NCBI GenBank assembly: GCA_964608605.1
Contig: CAZSOS010000002.1
Coordinates: forward strand, 105,569 to 169,568
Reading direction: 5' to 3'
Source of the DNA: an uncultured Candidatus Saccharibacteria bacterium
Lineage (GTDB): Bacteria; Patescibacteriota; Minisyncoccia; Phycocordibacterales; UBA918
DNA length: 64,000 nt
A program made the position numbers and the translations under genes. A model generated the notes under the pieces. That model made no database searches and was not told the origin of the DNA. It was given only the letters and a program-made list of their open reading frames with translations. The first letter of the stretch is position 1. Each line of letters begins with the position of its first letter. Positions 8,090-17,765 of this stretch are shown one piece after another.

Positions 8090-8590
8090 ATGCGGGAAAT
8101 ATCTCCGATAGAAAAACAAGCCACCGCGCTCACCAGGTGGGTAGGCTCTCCGGCTTCGATCGTCACCCACACGATCGTGTTCGCGCTGTCTTTTGCCCTA
8201 GCTTTTTTCGGCCTCATCACCTTCGACCGGATGCTCTTGGTGCTCACCACTATAGTCTCCCTGGAGGCTATCTACCTGGCCATCTTCATCCAGATGACAG
8301 TGAACCGCCAGAGCGAAGCCATCGCCGAGGTGGAACAGGACCTCGATGAGATCCAGGAAGACATGGGCGAGATCCAAGAGGACCTCGATGAGATCGGCGA
8401 GGACGTGGAAGAGCTTCAGGAAGACGTGGAGGAGCTGGGAGAAGACGTCGAGGAGATCAGCGAGGATGTCGAGGACCTGGGTGAGGACAAGGCCGAGGAG
8501 AAGCGCAAACGCGAGCAGAAAGAAACGCTCCAGAACATCCATGACATGATGCAGAAGCTGGCGGCGGACATCGAGGAGTTGAGGAAATAG
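8090..8590 (+). CDS. Two-TM membrane protein with a C-terminal acidic nonapeptide repeat tail (DUF1003-like)
   Basis: Two hydrophobic helices, then about six repeats of E[DE][LV][DEG]E[IL][QGS]ED, encoded by imperfect 27-bp tandem repeats at 8330-8490. ATG at 8090 is preferred over the GTG at 8072. Confidence 0.6.
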   Translation: MREISPIEKQATALTRWVGSPASIVTHTIVFALSFALAFFGLITFDRMLLVLTTIVSLEAIYLAIFIQMTVNRQSEAIAEVEQDLDEIQEDMGEIQEDLDEIGEDVEELQEDVEELGEDVEEISEDVEDLGEDKAEEKRKREQKETLQNIHDMMQKLAADIEELRK

Positions 8591-8723
8591 GTAACGAGGG
8601 TGAAGGGTTTAGGGTAGAGGGTTGAGAGGGCGGCGGAGGCTTCGCCTCCGCCGCCCTCTATCTAGTTGCAATTTCCCCCAAACCCGCTATCGTAGCCGCA
8701 AATCAACCTGTTCTTTGGAGGAC

Positions 8724-9008
8724 ATGATGTCTGGATTTTTCTCGTCTTTAGCGATTCGGGTCATCCCCTATCCGAAGCGGATGCCTAAATTCATAAATGA
8801 AGCGCTCAGCTATTGGTGGTTCTACCACAACACTCTGAGTGGCGCGCAAAAGTATCATGACCGGCGCCTCAAAGAGCTGGACCCCGCGTACCGACTCAGA
8901 GAAGCGCAGCATGACTTGGTATGGCAACGTGAAGTCGCCCGCAAGAACGGTATCGGGCCGGACAGCCCTGATTACCCCACTCTCGACACTGAAGAGTTGT
9001 TGCGCTAG
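8724..9008 (+). CDS. Hypothetical protein (94 aa)
   Basis: GGAGGA precedes ATGATG, and the gene is followed by a strong terminator. No recognisable motif. Confidence 0.45.
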   Translation: MMSGFFSSLAIRVIPYPKRMPKFINEALSYWWFYHNTLSGAQKYHDRRLKELDPAYRLREAQHDLVWQREVARKNGIGPDSPDYPTLDTEELLR

Positions 9009-9013
9009 CGCAA

Positions 9014-9063
9014 GCCCCGCCGACAAAACGCCCCGCGTTTTGTCGGCGGGGCGTTTTGTTTTC
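9014..9063. terminator. Rho-independent terminator
   Basis: GCCCCGCCGACAAAACG...CGTTTTGTCGGCGGGGC stem followed by TTTTGTTTT. Confidence 0.65.
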
Positions 9064-9355
9064 CTTCCTTACTCAAGAAAGTAAGGTGCTTCGTTTACCA
9101 GTTGACCATCATCCACGTATCTTTCCATATGGAGAGATACGTGGATGGATTTAATGAGCCGGCTTGTTATGGTTATCTGAACGCAGGCGTGGCGAAGCGG
9201 GGCATTTTGTTATTAATTTCAAAGTTCCAAGTTGCGATAAGACGTTATTTTCGAACAAGGTGGCGAGACTGGACTGAGGCGCGCGTGGGAGCCGTATTTT
9301 ACATACGGTGACGAGCGCGCCGAAGGAAGTCCGTCAGATTGACGAAAATTACGTC

Positions 9356-11035
9356 TTATTTTGTCAGTTTCTGGCGAGTGAGGGCTTGAGCCGCGTTCAT
9401 CGAGTGCTGATAGTAGAGAGCCTTCACCCCCTTCTTCCAAGCGGTCAGATACATCTGGTTGATGTCCTTCGGCGGCACCTGGGGCGGCACCATGATGTTG
9501 AGCGACTGACCCTGGTCGATGTACTTCTGGCGCACCGCCGCCTGGTCGATGACGATGTTCTGGTCGAGCTCGGGGAAGGTGCGGAAGACTTCCCTGTCCT
9601 CATCACTGAGGAAATCGAGATGCTGCACCGATCCGTCATGATCGCGGATCGAGTTCCAGACCTCCTTGGTGTTCTTCCCCTTCTCCTCCAGTAGCTCTTC
9701 GAGAAAAGGATTCTTGATGGTCACCTTGAGCTTGGCCACGTCCTTCACGTAGGCGTTGGACCAGACCGGCTCGATCGACTGCGATACCTGGCCCAGGATG
9801 AAGGCCGAGGAAGTGGTCGGCGCGATGGCGAAGATGGTGGTGTTGCGGCGGCCATACCCCTGGAGGATCTCCGGTTCGCCGAATTCTTCGGCCAGTTTCT
9901 TCGAGGCCGCGTCGCCCCTCTCCTTCAGGTTCTTCCAAATATCTTCGTTCAGCTTCGCCGCCTCGGCGCTTTCAAACGGGATCCGCTGGCTCTGCAGGTA
10001 CGAATGCCAACCGAGGACGCCGAGACCGAGAGCGCGGTGGTTCTTGGCGAAGTTGTACGCCCGCTCCATGAAGAGGAAGGCCTGCTTGTCCGAGCGCTTA
10101 TCGGAATCCCGAAGCGCCTCCAGGCGATCGCAGAAGTCGGTGATGACGGCGTCCAGGAGGGCCACCATCGTCTCCACGAAGTCGGTATCCTTCCACTCGT
10201 CGTAGTGGAGGAGGTTCATGGAGGACAAGCAGCAGACGAAGGAGTTGTTCTCGTCCGATGGCAGCATGATCTCGGAGCAGAGGTTCGAGGCCACGATCTT
10301 CAAGTCCTTGTCCTTGTAGACGTCCGGCTTGTGATTATTGGCGTTATCCGTGAACAGGATGTACGGATAGCCGATCTCGCCGCGGCGCTGGATGATCTTG
10401 GCCCAGACCTTGCGCTTGTCCTCGTCGCCGTCGATCATGGACTGCATCCACTCGTCCCCCACCGTCACCGCGTGGGTCATGTTCTGGATCGGATTGCCCT
10501 CGGTGCCGATCTCCAGGAACTCCAGGATGTCCGGATGTTCGACCGGCAAGTAGGGCGAGAAGGACCCGCGGCGCACCTTGCCCTGCGAGACGACGTGGAT
10601 CAGAGTCTCGAACATCTGCATGAAATGGACCGGGCCGTTCGAGGTGCCATTGTTGGTGATGTTGGCGCCTCGCGGCCGGAGCGCGCCGAAGTAGCCGGAG
10701 GTGCCGCCGCCGTATTTCGACATCATGCCGTTCTCGGCGTGGGTGTACATGATGCTCGACATGTCGTCGGCGATATAGGCGCCGAAGCAGCTGATCGGTA
10801 GCCCGCGGCCAAGGCCGAAGTTGGCCCAGACCGGCGTGGAGAACGAGATCCAGCCCTTTGAGGCGTAGTCGACAAGCTTGTCGGCGTAGCCGGGACGCTT
10901 AAGGATCTTCTCGGCGTAATCGGCGATCTGCCTGACCCGCTCTTCGGGGGTCTGCCCCTCTAGCGTGTAGCCTCGCGACATGAACTGCCGGGAGTTGTCG
11001 TTAAGCCAGTACCAGGATTTGCTGCGATCGGTCAT
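9356..11035 (-). CDS. nrdA: Class I ribonucleoside-diphosphate reductase alpha subunit, without an ATP-cone
   Basis: Active-site SNLCSEI, the C-terminal YY pair (ALYYQHS) and the thiyl-radical loop are present. At 559 aa it starts directly at the catalytic-core helix (WYWLNDNSRQFMSRGY) with no N-terminal ATP-cone. Confidence 0.9.
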   Translation of the reverse strand: MTDRSKSWYWLNDNSRQFMSRGYTLEGQTPEERVRQIADYAEKILKRPGYADKLVDYASKGWISFSTPVWANFGLGRGLPISCFGAYIADDMSSIMYTHAENGMMSKYGGGTSGYFGALRPRGANITNNGTSNGPVHFMQMFETLIHVVSQGKVRRGSFSPYLPVEHPDILEFLEIGTEGNPIQNMTHAVTVGDEWMQSMIDGDEDKRKVWAKIIQRRGEIGYPYILFTDNANNHKPDVYKDKDLKIVASNLCSEIMLPSDENNSFVCCLSSMNLLHYDEWKDTDFVETMVALLDAVITDFCDRLEALRDSDKRSDKQAFLFMERAYNFAKNHRALGLGVLGWHSYLQSQRIPFESAEAAKLNEDIWKNLKERGDAASKKLAEEFGEPEILQGYGRRNTTIFAIAPTTSSAFILGQVSQSIEPVWSNAYVKDVAKLKVTIKNPFLEELLEEKGKNTKEVWNSIRDHDGSVQHLDFLSDEDREVFRTFPELDQNIVIDQAAVRQKYIDQGQSLNIMVPPQVPPKDINQMYLTAWKKGVKALYYQHSMNAAQALTRQKLTK

Positions 11036-11160
11036 AATAAATTTAAAATTTAAATCTCAAAATGAAAACCGGACATTACGTTGGCGAGCCGCCGGGCGGC
11101 AAGCTGCATTTTACATTTTGAAATGTCATTTTGCACTTTGACATTTCAACTTTTCATTCT

Positions 11161-12474
11161 CTAGAAGAGGTCGTCGCTGGTAACGGAGGTCTGACGCTTA
11201 TTGTAGTTTATGCTGCGCTTATCGAAGAAGTCGACGTGCTTGGTGGCGATGACCTCGTCGTTGAACCACTCGGTCTTGTCGAGCATGGCCTCGTCGACCG
11301 AGAAGACGGCCGACATGCCGATGGAGATAAGCGAGTTATTGAGCCGGTGCTTGATGAATTCCTTGATCTCAGCCTTGGGCAGGAAGTCGAGCTCGCCGGT
11401 CTCGAAGATCCAGTCGACGATGGCGCTCTCGGCCTGATAAGCCTCGACGCACATCATGCGCACCGTTTCGCGATGCTCGACGTCGAACCATTCCGGGTGC
11501 TCGGCGCGGATGATGTTGATGATGTCGATGCCGAACATGCCGTGTATCTGCTCCTCCTTCGAGGTAGCTTCCACCGCGTTCGAGATGCCCTTGAAGAGGT
11601 TCTTGTGCTTATTGAAGGACATCATGATCAGGAACTGCGAGAACAGCGATACGTGCTCGATGAAGAGCGAGAAGAGGAGGACCGCCTGCGAGTACTCGCG
11701 CATCTCGCCGGTCTTGGCGAAGGCGTTGACCTTATCGAGGTACTCGACGCGCTTCTTGATGACCGGTACTTCGGTCAGTTTCTTGAACTCGTCGTTGAGG
11801 CCGAGGATCTCCAAGAGATGGGCGTAGGCGTCCATGTGGCGCACCTCGCTCTCGGCGAAGGTGAAGCCGACGGCGCCGACCTCCGGTTTCGGAATGCGCC
11901 CGTAGATATTGCCCCAGAAGCTCTTCACCGCAACCTCGATCTGCGCGATCGCCAGCATGGTCTTCTTGATGGCCTCGCGCTCATGATCGCCCACGCGGGT
12001 CTTGAAGTCGTCGATGTCGCGAGTGTAGTTGAACTCGGTGTGCACCCAGTACGAATGGCGGATGGCGGTAACGTACTCGTAGAGTTCGGGATACTCGTAA
12101 GGCTTCAGGTTGGCGCGCTTGCGGAAAAGGTCGCGTCTCCGGAGACGCTTGCGCTCCGCGCGGTAGATGATGTAAGCCTTGGCGGTCTCGAAGAAAGCGA
12201 GCTCCATGAGGCCGGCCTCCACCAGGTCTTGGATCTCCTCAACCGTCGGGTACCCATCGACGCATTTGCCGAAGTGATGGTCTCCCGGCTCGGCAGTGGC
12301 GGCCCCCACGCACATGGCGACGATCTTTTCATGCACTAGCTTAGCCACGCGCGCGGCCTCGGCCGCGCTTCCCTCCCCCGTCTCGCCAAAGGCCTTCAAG
12401 ACGGCGGCTTCTATCTTCTCGATCTTGAAGTCGACGACGGAACCGTCGCGTTTACGAATCTGAACGATCTCCAT
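11161..12474 (-). CDS. nrdB: Ribonucleotide reductase beta (R2) subunit carrying an N-terminal ATP-cone domain
   Basis: The N-terminus MEIVQIRKRDGSVVDFKIEKIEAAVLKAF... is an ATP-cone signature. It is followed by a ferritin-like di-iron R2 core (ESEVRHMDAY, FIEHVSLFSQF). Start chosen at the ATG at 12474. Confidence 0.85.
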   Translation of the reverse strand: MEIVQIRKRDGSVVDFKIEKIEAAVLKAFGETGEGSAAEAARVAKLVHEKIVAMCVGAATAEPGDHHFGKCVDGYPTVEEIQDLVEAGLMELAFFETAKAYIIYRAERKRLRRRDLFRKRANLKPYEYPELYEYVTAIRHSYWVHTEFNYTRDIDDFKTRVGDHEREAIKKTMLAIAQIEVAVKSFWGNIYGRIPKPEVGAVGFTFAESEVRHMDAYAHLLEILGLNDEFKKLTEVPVIKKRVEYLDKVNAFAKTGEMREYSQAVLLFSLFIEHVSLFSQFLIMMSFNKHKNLFKGISNAVEATSKEEQIHGMFGIDIINIIRAEHPEWFDVEHRETVRMMCVEAYQAESAIVDWIFETGELDFLPKAEIKEFIKHRLNNSLISIGMSAVFSVDEAMLDKTEWFNDEVIATKHVDFFDKRSINYNKRQTSVTSDDLF

Positions 12475-12701
12475 ATGCATGTAATTACTACGCCTGATAA
12501 ACAAAACCGCTTTCGCGGACACTGGTCTGCTCATATATACTCGCGCGCAAAGCCAATCGGGCAATACGGAATTGGATCTACGAACGAACTAGTGAACCTC
12601 CACGCGAAGATCGATGTCTTCGCGTACGCTAATGATAGCATCATCGGTCTTTTGCCCTTTTCGACACGAAAATGACCGGTAGACAAAAAAGCGGAAAATA
12701 A

Positions 12702-12734
12702 AGGGCGGTTTGGCCTCCGGCCAAACCGCCCTTT
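12702..12734. terminator. Hairpin terminator downstream of mscL
   Basis: GGGCGGTTTGGCC-TCCG-GCCAAACCGCCC followed by a T-run. Confidence 0.6.
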
Positions 12735-12805
12735 CCGAGTTATCCACAATCTCTTTCCCCGATCCGCACCAGCAATCATGTTTGCCAAAACGGCAAACTC
12801 CGAAT

Positions 12806-13213
12806 CTACCTCTTTAAGGAATCGCGGATCTCGCGCAAGAGCTTCACCTCCTCGGTCGGCTCGACGACCTTCTGCGACTCGGGCTTCGCTTCCTCCTTGC
12901 GTTCGAGGGAACGCAGGACCTTGATGGCCACGAAGATCGACCAGGCGATGATCAGGAAGTCGATGACGGACTGCAGGAACACCCCGTAAGTGACGGTGGC
13001 GTCGCCCACGGACACGGATAAGCCCTTGAAGTCGATGCCGCCGGTCACCACCCCGAAAAGCGGCATGATGATGTTGTCGACCAGCGACGAGACGATCTTG
13101 TTAAAAGCGGTACCGATGACGACCGCCACCGCCAGGTCCAGCACGTTGCCCTTCAGCGCGAAGGCTTTGAATTCCTCCAAAAATCCTTTGGCTTTGTTCT
13201 TATATGGATTCAT
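12806..13213 (-). CDS. mscL: Large-conductance mechanosensitive channel
   Basis: [51 protein letters not shown] is a canonical MscL N-terminus. Confidence 0.9.
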   Translation of the reverse strand: MNPYKNKAKGFLEEFKAFALKGNVLDLAVAVVIGTAFNKIVSSLVDNIIMPLFGVVTGGIDFKGLSVSVGDATVTYGVFLQSVIDFLIIAWSIFVAIKVLRSLERKEEAKPESQKVVEPTEEVKLLREIRDSLKR

Positions 13214-13230
13214 AGGATGTCCCTTAATTT

Positions 13231-14367
13231 CTAATGATGATGGGAATGATAATGTCCGCCTGCGGCCTTGTCCACCTCCCGGCCACCGAACCACCAGGCG
13301 GCCAGGGCCGTGGTGAGCGGCACGGCCAAGATGAGGCCGATCGAGCCGACCAGGATGCGCGCCAACTCGGCGGCGATCACTTCCTGATTCAAGGTGAAAT
13401 AAAGCGGCGCGGAGCTGGTCGAAAAGAGCAGCACCAGAGGCAGAGCCGCGCCGACGTACGCCAGCGCCAGCGTGTTGACCAGGCTGCCGACGTGGTCGCG
13501 GCCGACCTTGATGGCCCGCTGGTAGAGATCGAAGGACGAGAGCGCGCTATTGGCGGCCCTAAGTTCGCGCACCACCGAAGCCTGGGTGATGGATATGTCG
13601 TCTAAGACGCCCAGGACGCCGATGATGATGCTACCTAGAAGCAGGCCGGATAGATCGAGTTCGCCGCGAGTGGCGAAGGTGAGATAGACGGAGGCGTCGC
13701 TGCCGTAGCCAGAAAGACGCATGGCGCCCACGAACCACCAAGCCACCGCGCTGGTCGCCAGGACCGCCGCCACGGTACCGCCAAAAGCGATCAAGGAAAC
13801 GGGATTGAATCCATGAGTACCGAAGAGAGCGAGCGCCAGAATGACGCCGGAGATGAGGAGACTCATCAAGATCGGGTCATAGCCCGCCAGCAATGCCGGC
13901 AACAGGACGAAGACGATGCCGATGATACTGAGACACAAAGATCCCAGCGCTCGAACGCCCTGCCAGCCGGCGAACAACAGCAACAGGGCGACGAACAGTG
14001 CTAATAGGACCAAGAGGCCGCTGCCCCTGTCGACATCCTTCAAAAGATAGATCTCCGTGCCGTCGATGTCGCGGATGTGACTGAGGAATATCCGATCACC
14101 TGGTTCCAGCGTCACCAGATCGTTCTCGAACGTGATGACCTCGTTCATCCTCTCTCCCTCCAGCAGCCGCACGCTCACCGTCTGCACCACGGCCGTGGCA
14201 TCGGTGCCCATGATGGGTTTGATCTGCTCATCGAGTATAGCCTCCACCCGGGCGGGGATGATGGCCTGCAGCTCTTCATAGGCCGTCTGGCCGAGCGCCG
14301 GCTGCCCGGAAGCCAGGCTGGATCCGGCGATCGACACCAGCAACAGGACCTTTACTAAAATTTTCAT
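13231..14367 (-). CDS. YibE/F-family integral membrane protein
   Basis: Signal/TM segment plus an extracellular domain, then a multi-TM C-terminal half typical of YibE/F. The C-terminus is His-rich. Confidence 0.75.
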   Translation of the reverse strand: MKILVKVLLLVSIAGSSLASGQPALGQTAYEELQAIIPARVEAILDEQIKPIMGTDATAVVQTVSVRLLEGERMNEVITFENDLVTLEPGDRIFLSHIRDIDGTEIYLLKDVDRGSGLLVLLALFVALLLLFAGWQGVRALGSLCLSIIGIVFVLLPALLAGYDPILMSLLISGVILALALFGTHGFNPVSLIAFGGTVAAVLATSAVAWWFVGAMRLSGYGSDASVYLTFATRGELDLSGLLLGSIIIGVLGVLDDISITQASVVRELRAANSALSSFDLYQRAIKVGRDHVGSLVNTLALAYVGAALPLVLLFSTSSAPLYFTLNQEVIAAELARILVGSIGLILAVPLTTALAAWWFGGREVDKAAGGHYHSHHH

Positions 14368-14493
14368 CCCCCCACTATATCAAAATCCCGCGGCGGTCCG
14401 GGAAGAAGACCGACCTTGCCAGCGCCCGGTCGTTGACCGCGCGCTAGGATTTTGCTATCTTATTGCAAATTACTGGCGTTAATATCCATCCTC

Positions 14494-15306
14494 ATGTTTG
14501 AAGCTTTGTTAGCGGCGGCGGGAGTGGCGATCTGCTCATTGGTGGGCGTCTTTTTCTTCGGTAATAGCCGCCGGCTCGAAGGAGCGGAACGGTACGTCAT
14601 TCCAGCGGCGGTGGGCGTCTTCCTCTCGCTGGTGCTCTTTGAGCTCATCCCCGAGACCCTAGAAGCAAGTAGCCACTGGGGCGGTATCGCCATCGCGGCT
14701 GGCTTCATCGCTTTTTACGTCCTCTCTTACGAATTGCACCGCTTCTTTCATCGCCGTGACGAAGACGACAAGGATTGCGACCGCAAAGGCGCCGCTACCC
14801 TGCTCCTTGTCGGCGACGCTATCCACAACTTCGCCGACGGCGTCATTCTGGGAGCGGCCTTCCTGATCGATCCGATACTGGGGACCGCGGTCGCCGTCGG
14901 ACTGGCGCTCCACGAGATCCCGCAGGAGATCGTGGAATTCGGGGTCTTGGTGCGCGGCGGCTTCTCTCGGACCCGCGCCGCCCTTCTCAATCTGCTCTCG
15001 GCCTCGAGCATCATGCTGGGCGTCCTGGTGACCATGCTCTTCGCCGCCGCGCTTCAGGAATACGTCTGGATCATGACCGGCATCGCCGCCGGCAACCTGC
15101 TCTACATCGCCGCCAGCGATCTCTTGCCGCGGATTCACGGCACCCTGAGGAACTATCGCAGCTTCTGGTTCACTCTCTTCTCCCTGATCCTAGGTTTCAC
15201 CCTCATGACCTGCGTCCTGGTCTACACTCACGAGACCTTCGGCCATGGACCGCATGATGATCAGGCCGAGCACGAACACGAGGAGGATGAAGATCACGAC
15301 CATTGA
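14494..15306 (+). CDS. ZIP-family zinc/iron transporter (ZupT-like)
   Basis: HNFADG and HEIPQEIVEFGVL motifs are present, with a His/Asp-rich C-terminal tail. Confidence 0.85.
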   Translation: MFEALLAAAGVAICSLVGVFFFGNSRRLEGAERYVIPAAVGVFLSLVLFELIPETLEASSHWGGIAIAAGFIAFYVLSYELHRFFHRRDEDDKDCDRKGAATLLLVGDAIHNFADGVILGAAFLIDPILGTAVAVGLALHEIPQEIVEFGVLVRGGFSRTRAALLNLLSASSIMLGVLVTMLFAAALQEYVWIMTGIAAGNLLYIAASDLLPRIHGTLRNYRSFWFTLFSLILGFTLMTCVLVYTHETFGHGPHDDQAEHEHEEDEDHDH

Positions 15307-15490
15307 TAGGTCTGGATCAGAAAAAGAAGCCGGCCAGATAGAAACCGACGGCCGCGCCCAGCACGAATAGTATCAAGATGGCCAGTTTGCGGCCTTCGTC
15401 GTCCATCGTTCCAGTATAGCGAAAACGCCTCGACTTTTCACCTAAAAATAGGTATAACTTAGCGGCGCGGCTTCGCCGCGCCGCTGCCAT

Positions 15491-15565
15491 GGCGGCTATT
15501 GTATAACGGTTATTACGTCGGTTTGTGGTACCGAAAATCCGGGTTCGATTCCCGGTAGCCGCCCA
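15491..15565 (+). tRNA. tRNA-His (anticodon GTG) with encoded G-1
   Basis: Hand-folded cloverleaf. 8-bp acceptor including G-1:C73. Anticodon loop TTGTGGT. T-arm CCGGG/TTCGATT/CCCGG. Confidence 0.8.
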
Positions 15566-15672
15566 GATGACCAGCCGGATACGCGTACGCGTTCCGGCTG
15601 TTGTCATATGTGGCCGTTACCTATCCCCGGAACTGTTTTAGACCATGAAGACCTTGGGATATAATTTCCCAT

Positions 15673-16191
15673 ATGCCAGAAACTCAAAAGAAAAATGCTT
15701 CATTCTTCTCCCTCCTCATACCCGCCAACGCCGATCGCCATCTGTTCGAAGGGCATGTCAATAACGTCTGTTCGGTATTGGACGCGCAGATACCCGGCTC
15801 CTACGAGATCGTGGCCGTCGAAGCCGGACAAGACAACCCTACGAACGACTGGGACAACGTCAAGGGCGAAGTGCTGGTCATCATCGACGGCAACCTGGAA
15901 TGCGCGCCCACCACGCTCTGCGAGGTCATCACCGCTTTCCAGGATGGATCGGACATGGCCTTCGCCGGACAATACCGCGATGGCGGCCGCGGCAGCAACG
16001 ACCCTGAGCTCAGCTACTTCGGCATCCGCCGCTCTTCCCTATCGCGGCTTCATGAATCGCCGGAAGGACACCGCCTGATCCTGGAGATACTGGGACCGGA
16101 GACCATCAAGAAGCTGGGCACCGCGCCGCGGGAAGTGTCCGGCAATTACATCCTCAAACACCTGCGCAAGATGATCGGCGTGCAGGAGTAG
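15673..16191 (+). CDS. Glycosyltransferase family 2-like protein with degenerate catalytic motifs
   Basis: FSLLIPANAD...YEIVAVEAGQD...VIIDGNLE parallels GT2/DPM1 motifs, but the DxD is replaced by DGN and part of the nucleotide-binding region is missing. Confidence 0.45.
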   Translation: MPETQKKNASFFSLLIPANADRHLFEGHVNNVCSVLDAQIPGSYEIVAVEAGQDNPTNDWDNVKGEVLVIIDGNLECAPTTLCEVITAFQDGSDMAFAGQYRDGGRGSNDPELSYFGIRRSSLSRLHESPEGHRLILEILGPETIKKLGTAPREVSGNYILKHLRKMIGVQE

Positions 16192-16225
16192 CAAGATGGC
16201 GGCCCTTCGGGCCGCCATCTTGCTA
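16192..16225. terminator. Hairpin terminator
   Basis: GCAAGATGGCGGCCC-TTCG-GGCCGCCATCTTGC. Confidence 0.6.
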
Positions 16226-16243
16226 CTATCTATGTGCCCAGGA

Positions 16244-16326
16244 GAGGACTTGAACCTCCACACCTTTCGGCATATCCACCTCAAGGATACGTGTATACCA
16301 ATTTCACCACCTGGGCCTATGGCTTC
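16244..16326 (-). tRNA. tRNA-Leu (anticodon GAG), type II with long variable arm
   Basis: Acceptor GCCCAGG/CCTGGGC. Anticodon loop TTGAGGT. 15-nt variable arm. Confidence 0.85.
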
Positions 16327-16375
16327 TCGTGAAGCTCCACGATTGTACGCAACATTCCTACTATTTTCAAGCTAA

Positions 16376-16408
16376 CGAAAGCGGGCGGCCCTTTGGGCCG
16401 CCCGCTTT
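16376..16408. terminator. Hairpin terminator downstream of rplS (variant of the hairpin family)
   Basis: GAAAGCGGGCGGCCC-TTTG-GGCCGCCCGCTTTC. Confidence 0.6.
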
Positions 16409-16418
16409 CCATGTCGAT

Positions 16419-16976
16419 TTAATCCTTCTTCTCTTCTACGGCTTCAGGAGCGGTCTCGTTTCCCGCCTCTGGCGCGGCGGCTTCAGCGGCCTTGGCTGCC
16501 TCGGCGGCCTTCAAAGCTTCCTCCTCCGCCTTCTTAGCAGCCTCTTCCGCGGCCTTGGCTTCCTGCTCGGCGCGAGCGGAAGCTTCGATCTCGGACTCGG
16601 TACCGAACGATACCATGGTCATGCGGCGCATCTGGCGCTTGATCTCGCGGGCCACCTTCTCGCGGATGAAGTAGAGCTTGGAACGGCGCACCTTAGAACG
16701 CTTGACGATCTCGATCTTGTCGATCAGGGGCGAGTAGAGCGGGAAGATCTTCTCCACGCCCACTCCGGAGGCCACTTTGCGGACCGTGAAAGTGGCTCCC
16801 GGCTCATCGCCATGCTTGCGGGCCAGCACCACGCCCTCGAAGACCTGCAGGCGGGTCTTGCCCTTCTCTTCGATCTTCTGGTGCACGCGAACAGTGTCGC
16901 CCGGACGAATGCCGAGGGTCTTGCGGTCGGCCATGTTGACCGGAGAGATGTTGATGCCGTTGAGGGTGGAATTCAT
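16419..16976 (-). CDS. rplS: 50S ribosomal protein L19 with an Ala/Glu/Lys-rich C-terminal extension
   Basis: L19 core ([33 protein letters not shown]) plus a roughly 60-aa low-complexity tail. Confidence 0.95.
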   Translation of the reverse strand: MNSTLNGINISPVNMADRKTLGIRPGDTVRVHQKIEEKGKTRLQVFEGVVLARKHGDEPGATFTVRKVASGVGVEKIFPLYSPLIDKIEIVKRSKVRRSKLYFIREKVAREIKRQMRRMTMVSFGTESEIEASARAEQEAKAAEEAAKKAEEEALKAAEAAKAAEAAAPEAGNETAPEAVEEKKD

Positions 16977-17015
16977 AATATATATCTTTAAAGTCGGGCT
17001 AATCTAACACAAAAG

Positions 17016-17759
17016 TCAGCCTTGCGCAATCCGGTTCTCCGCCTCCTCTAATTCATCAGGATAAGGAGCGGTGAAGGTCCGTTCTTGCCCATCCGGAAGG
17101 ACGATGGTCAGGGACAGAGCGTGGAGCGCCAACCGCGAGAGTCCGAGGTTGTTCGAACCGGCCGGCTTTGACCCGGCATACAGCTTGTCTCCCACGATGG
17201 GCCGGCTGATGGACTTCAGGTGCACCCGCAGTTGATGGGTGCGGCCGGTCTTCGGTACCAGCTCCAAGCTGGAGAACTCCTCTCCTTCGTGTCTGCCCAC
17301 CTTGAGGCAACGCCAATCGGTCACGGCCTCCCGCAATTGGCCGCGAGCGCCGCGCTCGGCCGAACGCCGCCGCCAGTCGCTGACGCTTCGGCCGATCTTG
17401 CGGTCGATGGTCCCCCATTTCTCCTTCATGGCGCCGTAGACCAACGCTCGGTAGACCTTCTTCACCGCCCGATCCTGGAACTGGGCTTTCAAATAATCGA
17501 AGGTCGCCTGGTCCTTGGCCAGTATCATCACCCCGGAGGTCTCCCGGTCCAGCCGGTGCACCACGCCGCTTCTCTCCACCGTCTTGCCGTCCTGGCCGAT
17601 CCGCGGTTCGCCGACGCCTTTGGCTTCCGGCACGCGGTCAAGGAACCATTCCACCAACGTGCCGGCGGGATCCCCACCCTCGCCATGGACGGCCAAACCG
17701 CCGGGCTTGTCGATGACCAGCACCTCTTTGTTCTCGAAAATTATCTTTGGTTCTTTCAT
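17016..17759 (-). CDS. RluA-family pseudouridine synthase
   Basis: Catalytic HRLDRETSGV motif; LVIDKPGGLAVH matches the N-terminal motif. Confidence 0.9.
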   Translation of the reverse strand: MKEPKIIFENKEVLVIDKPGGLAVHGEGGDPAGTLVEWFLDRVPEAKGVGEPRIGQDGKTVERSGVVHRLDRETSGVMILAKDQATFDYLKAQFQDRAVKKVYRALVYGAMKEKWGTIDRKIGRSVSDWRRRSAERGARGQLREAVTDWRCLKVGRHEGEEFSSLELVPKTGRTHQLRVHLKSISRPIVGDKLYAGSKPAGSNNLGLSRLALHALSLTIVLPDGQERTFTAPYPDELEEAENRIAQG

Positions 17760-17765
17760 GGTGTC

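Noticed and set aside
15317-15607. 96-aa minus-strand ORF
   Set aside because: It overlaps the well-formed tRNA-His. Only its 3' end (a 29-aa hydrophobic peptide) could be real, and that is too short to support.
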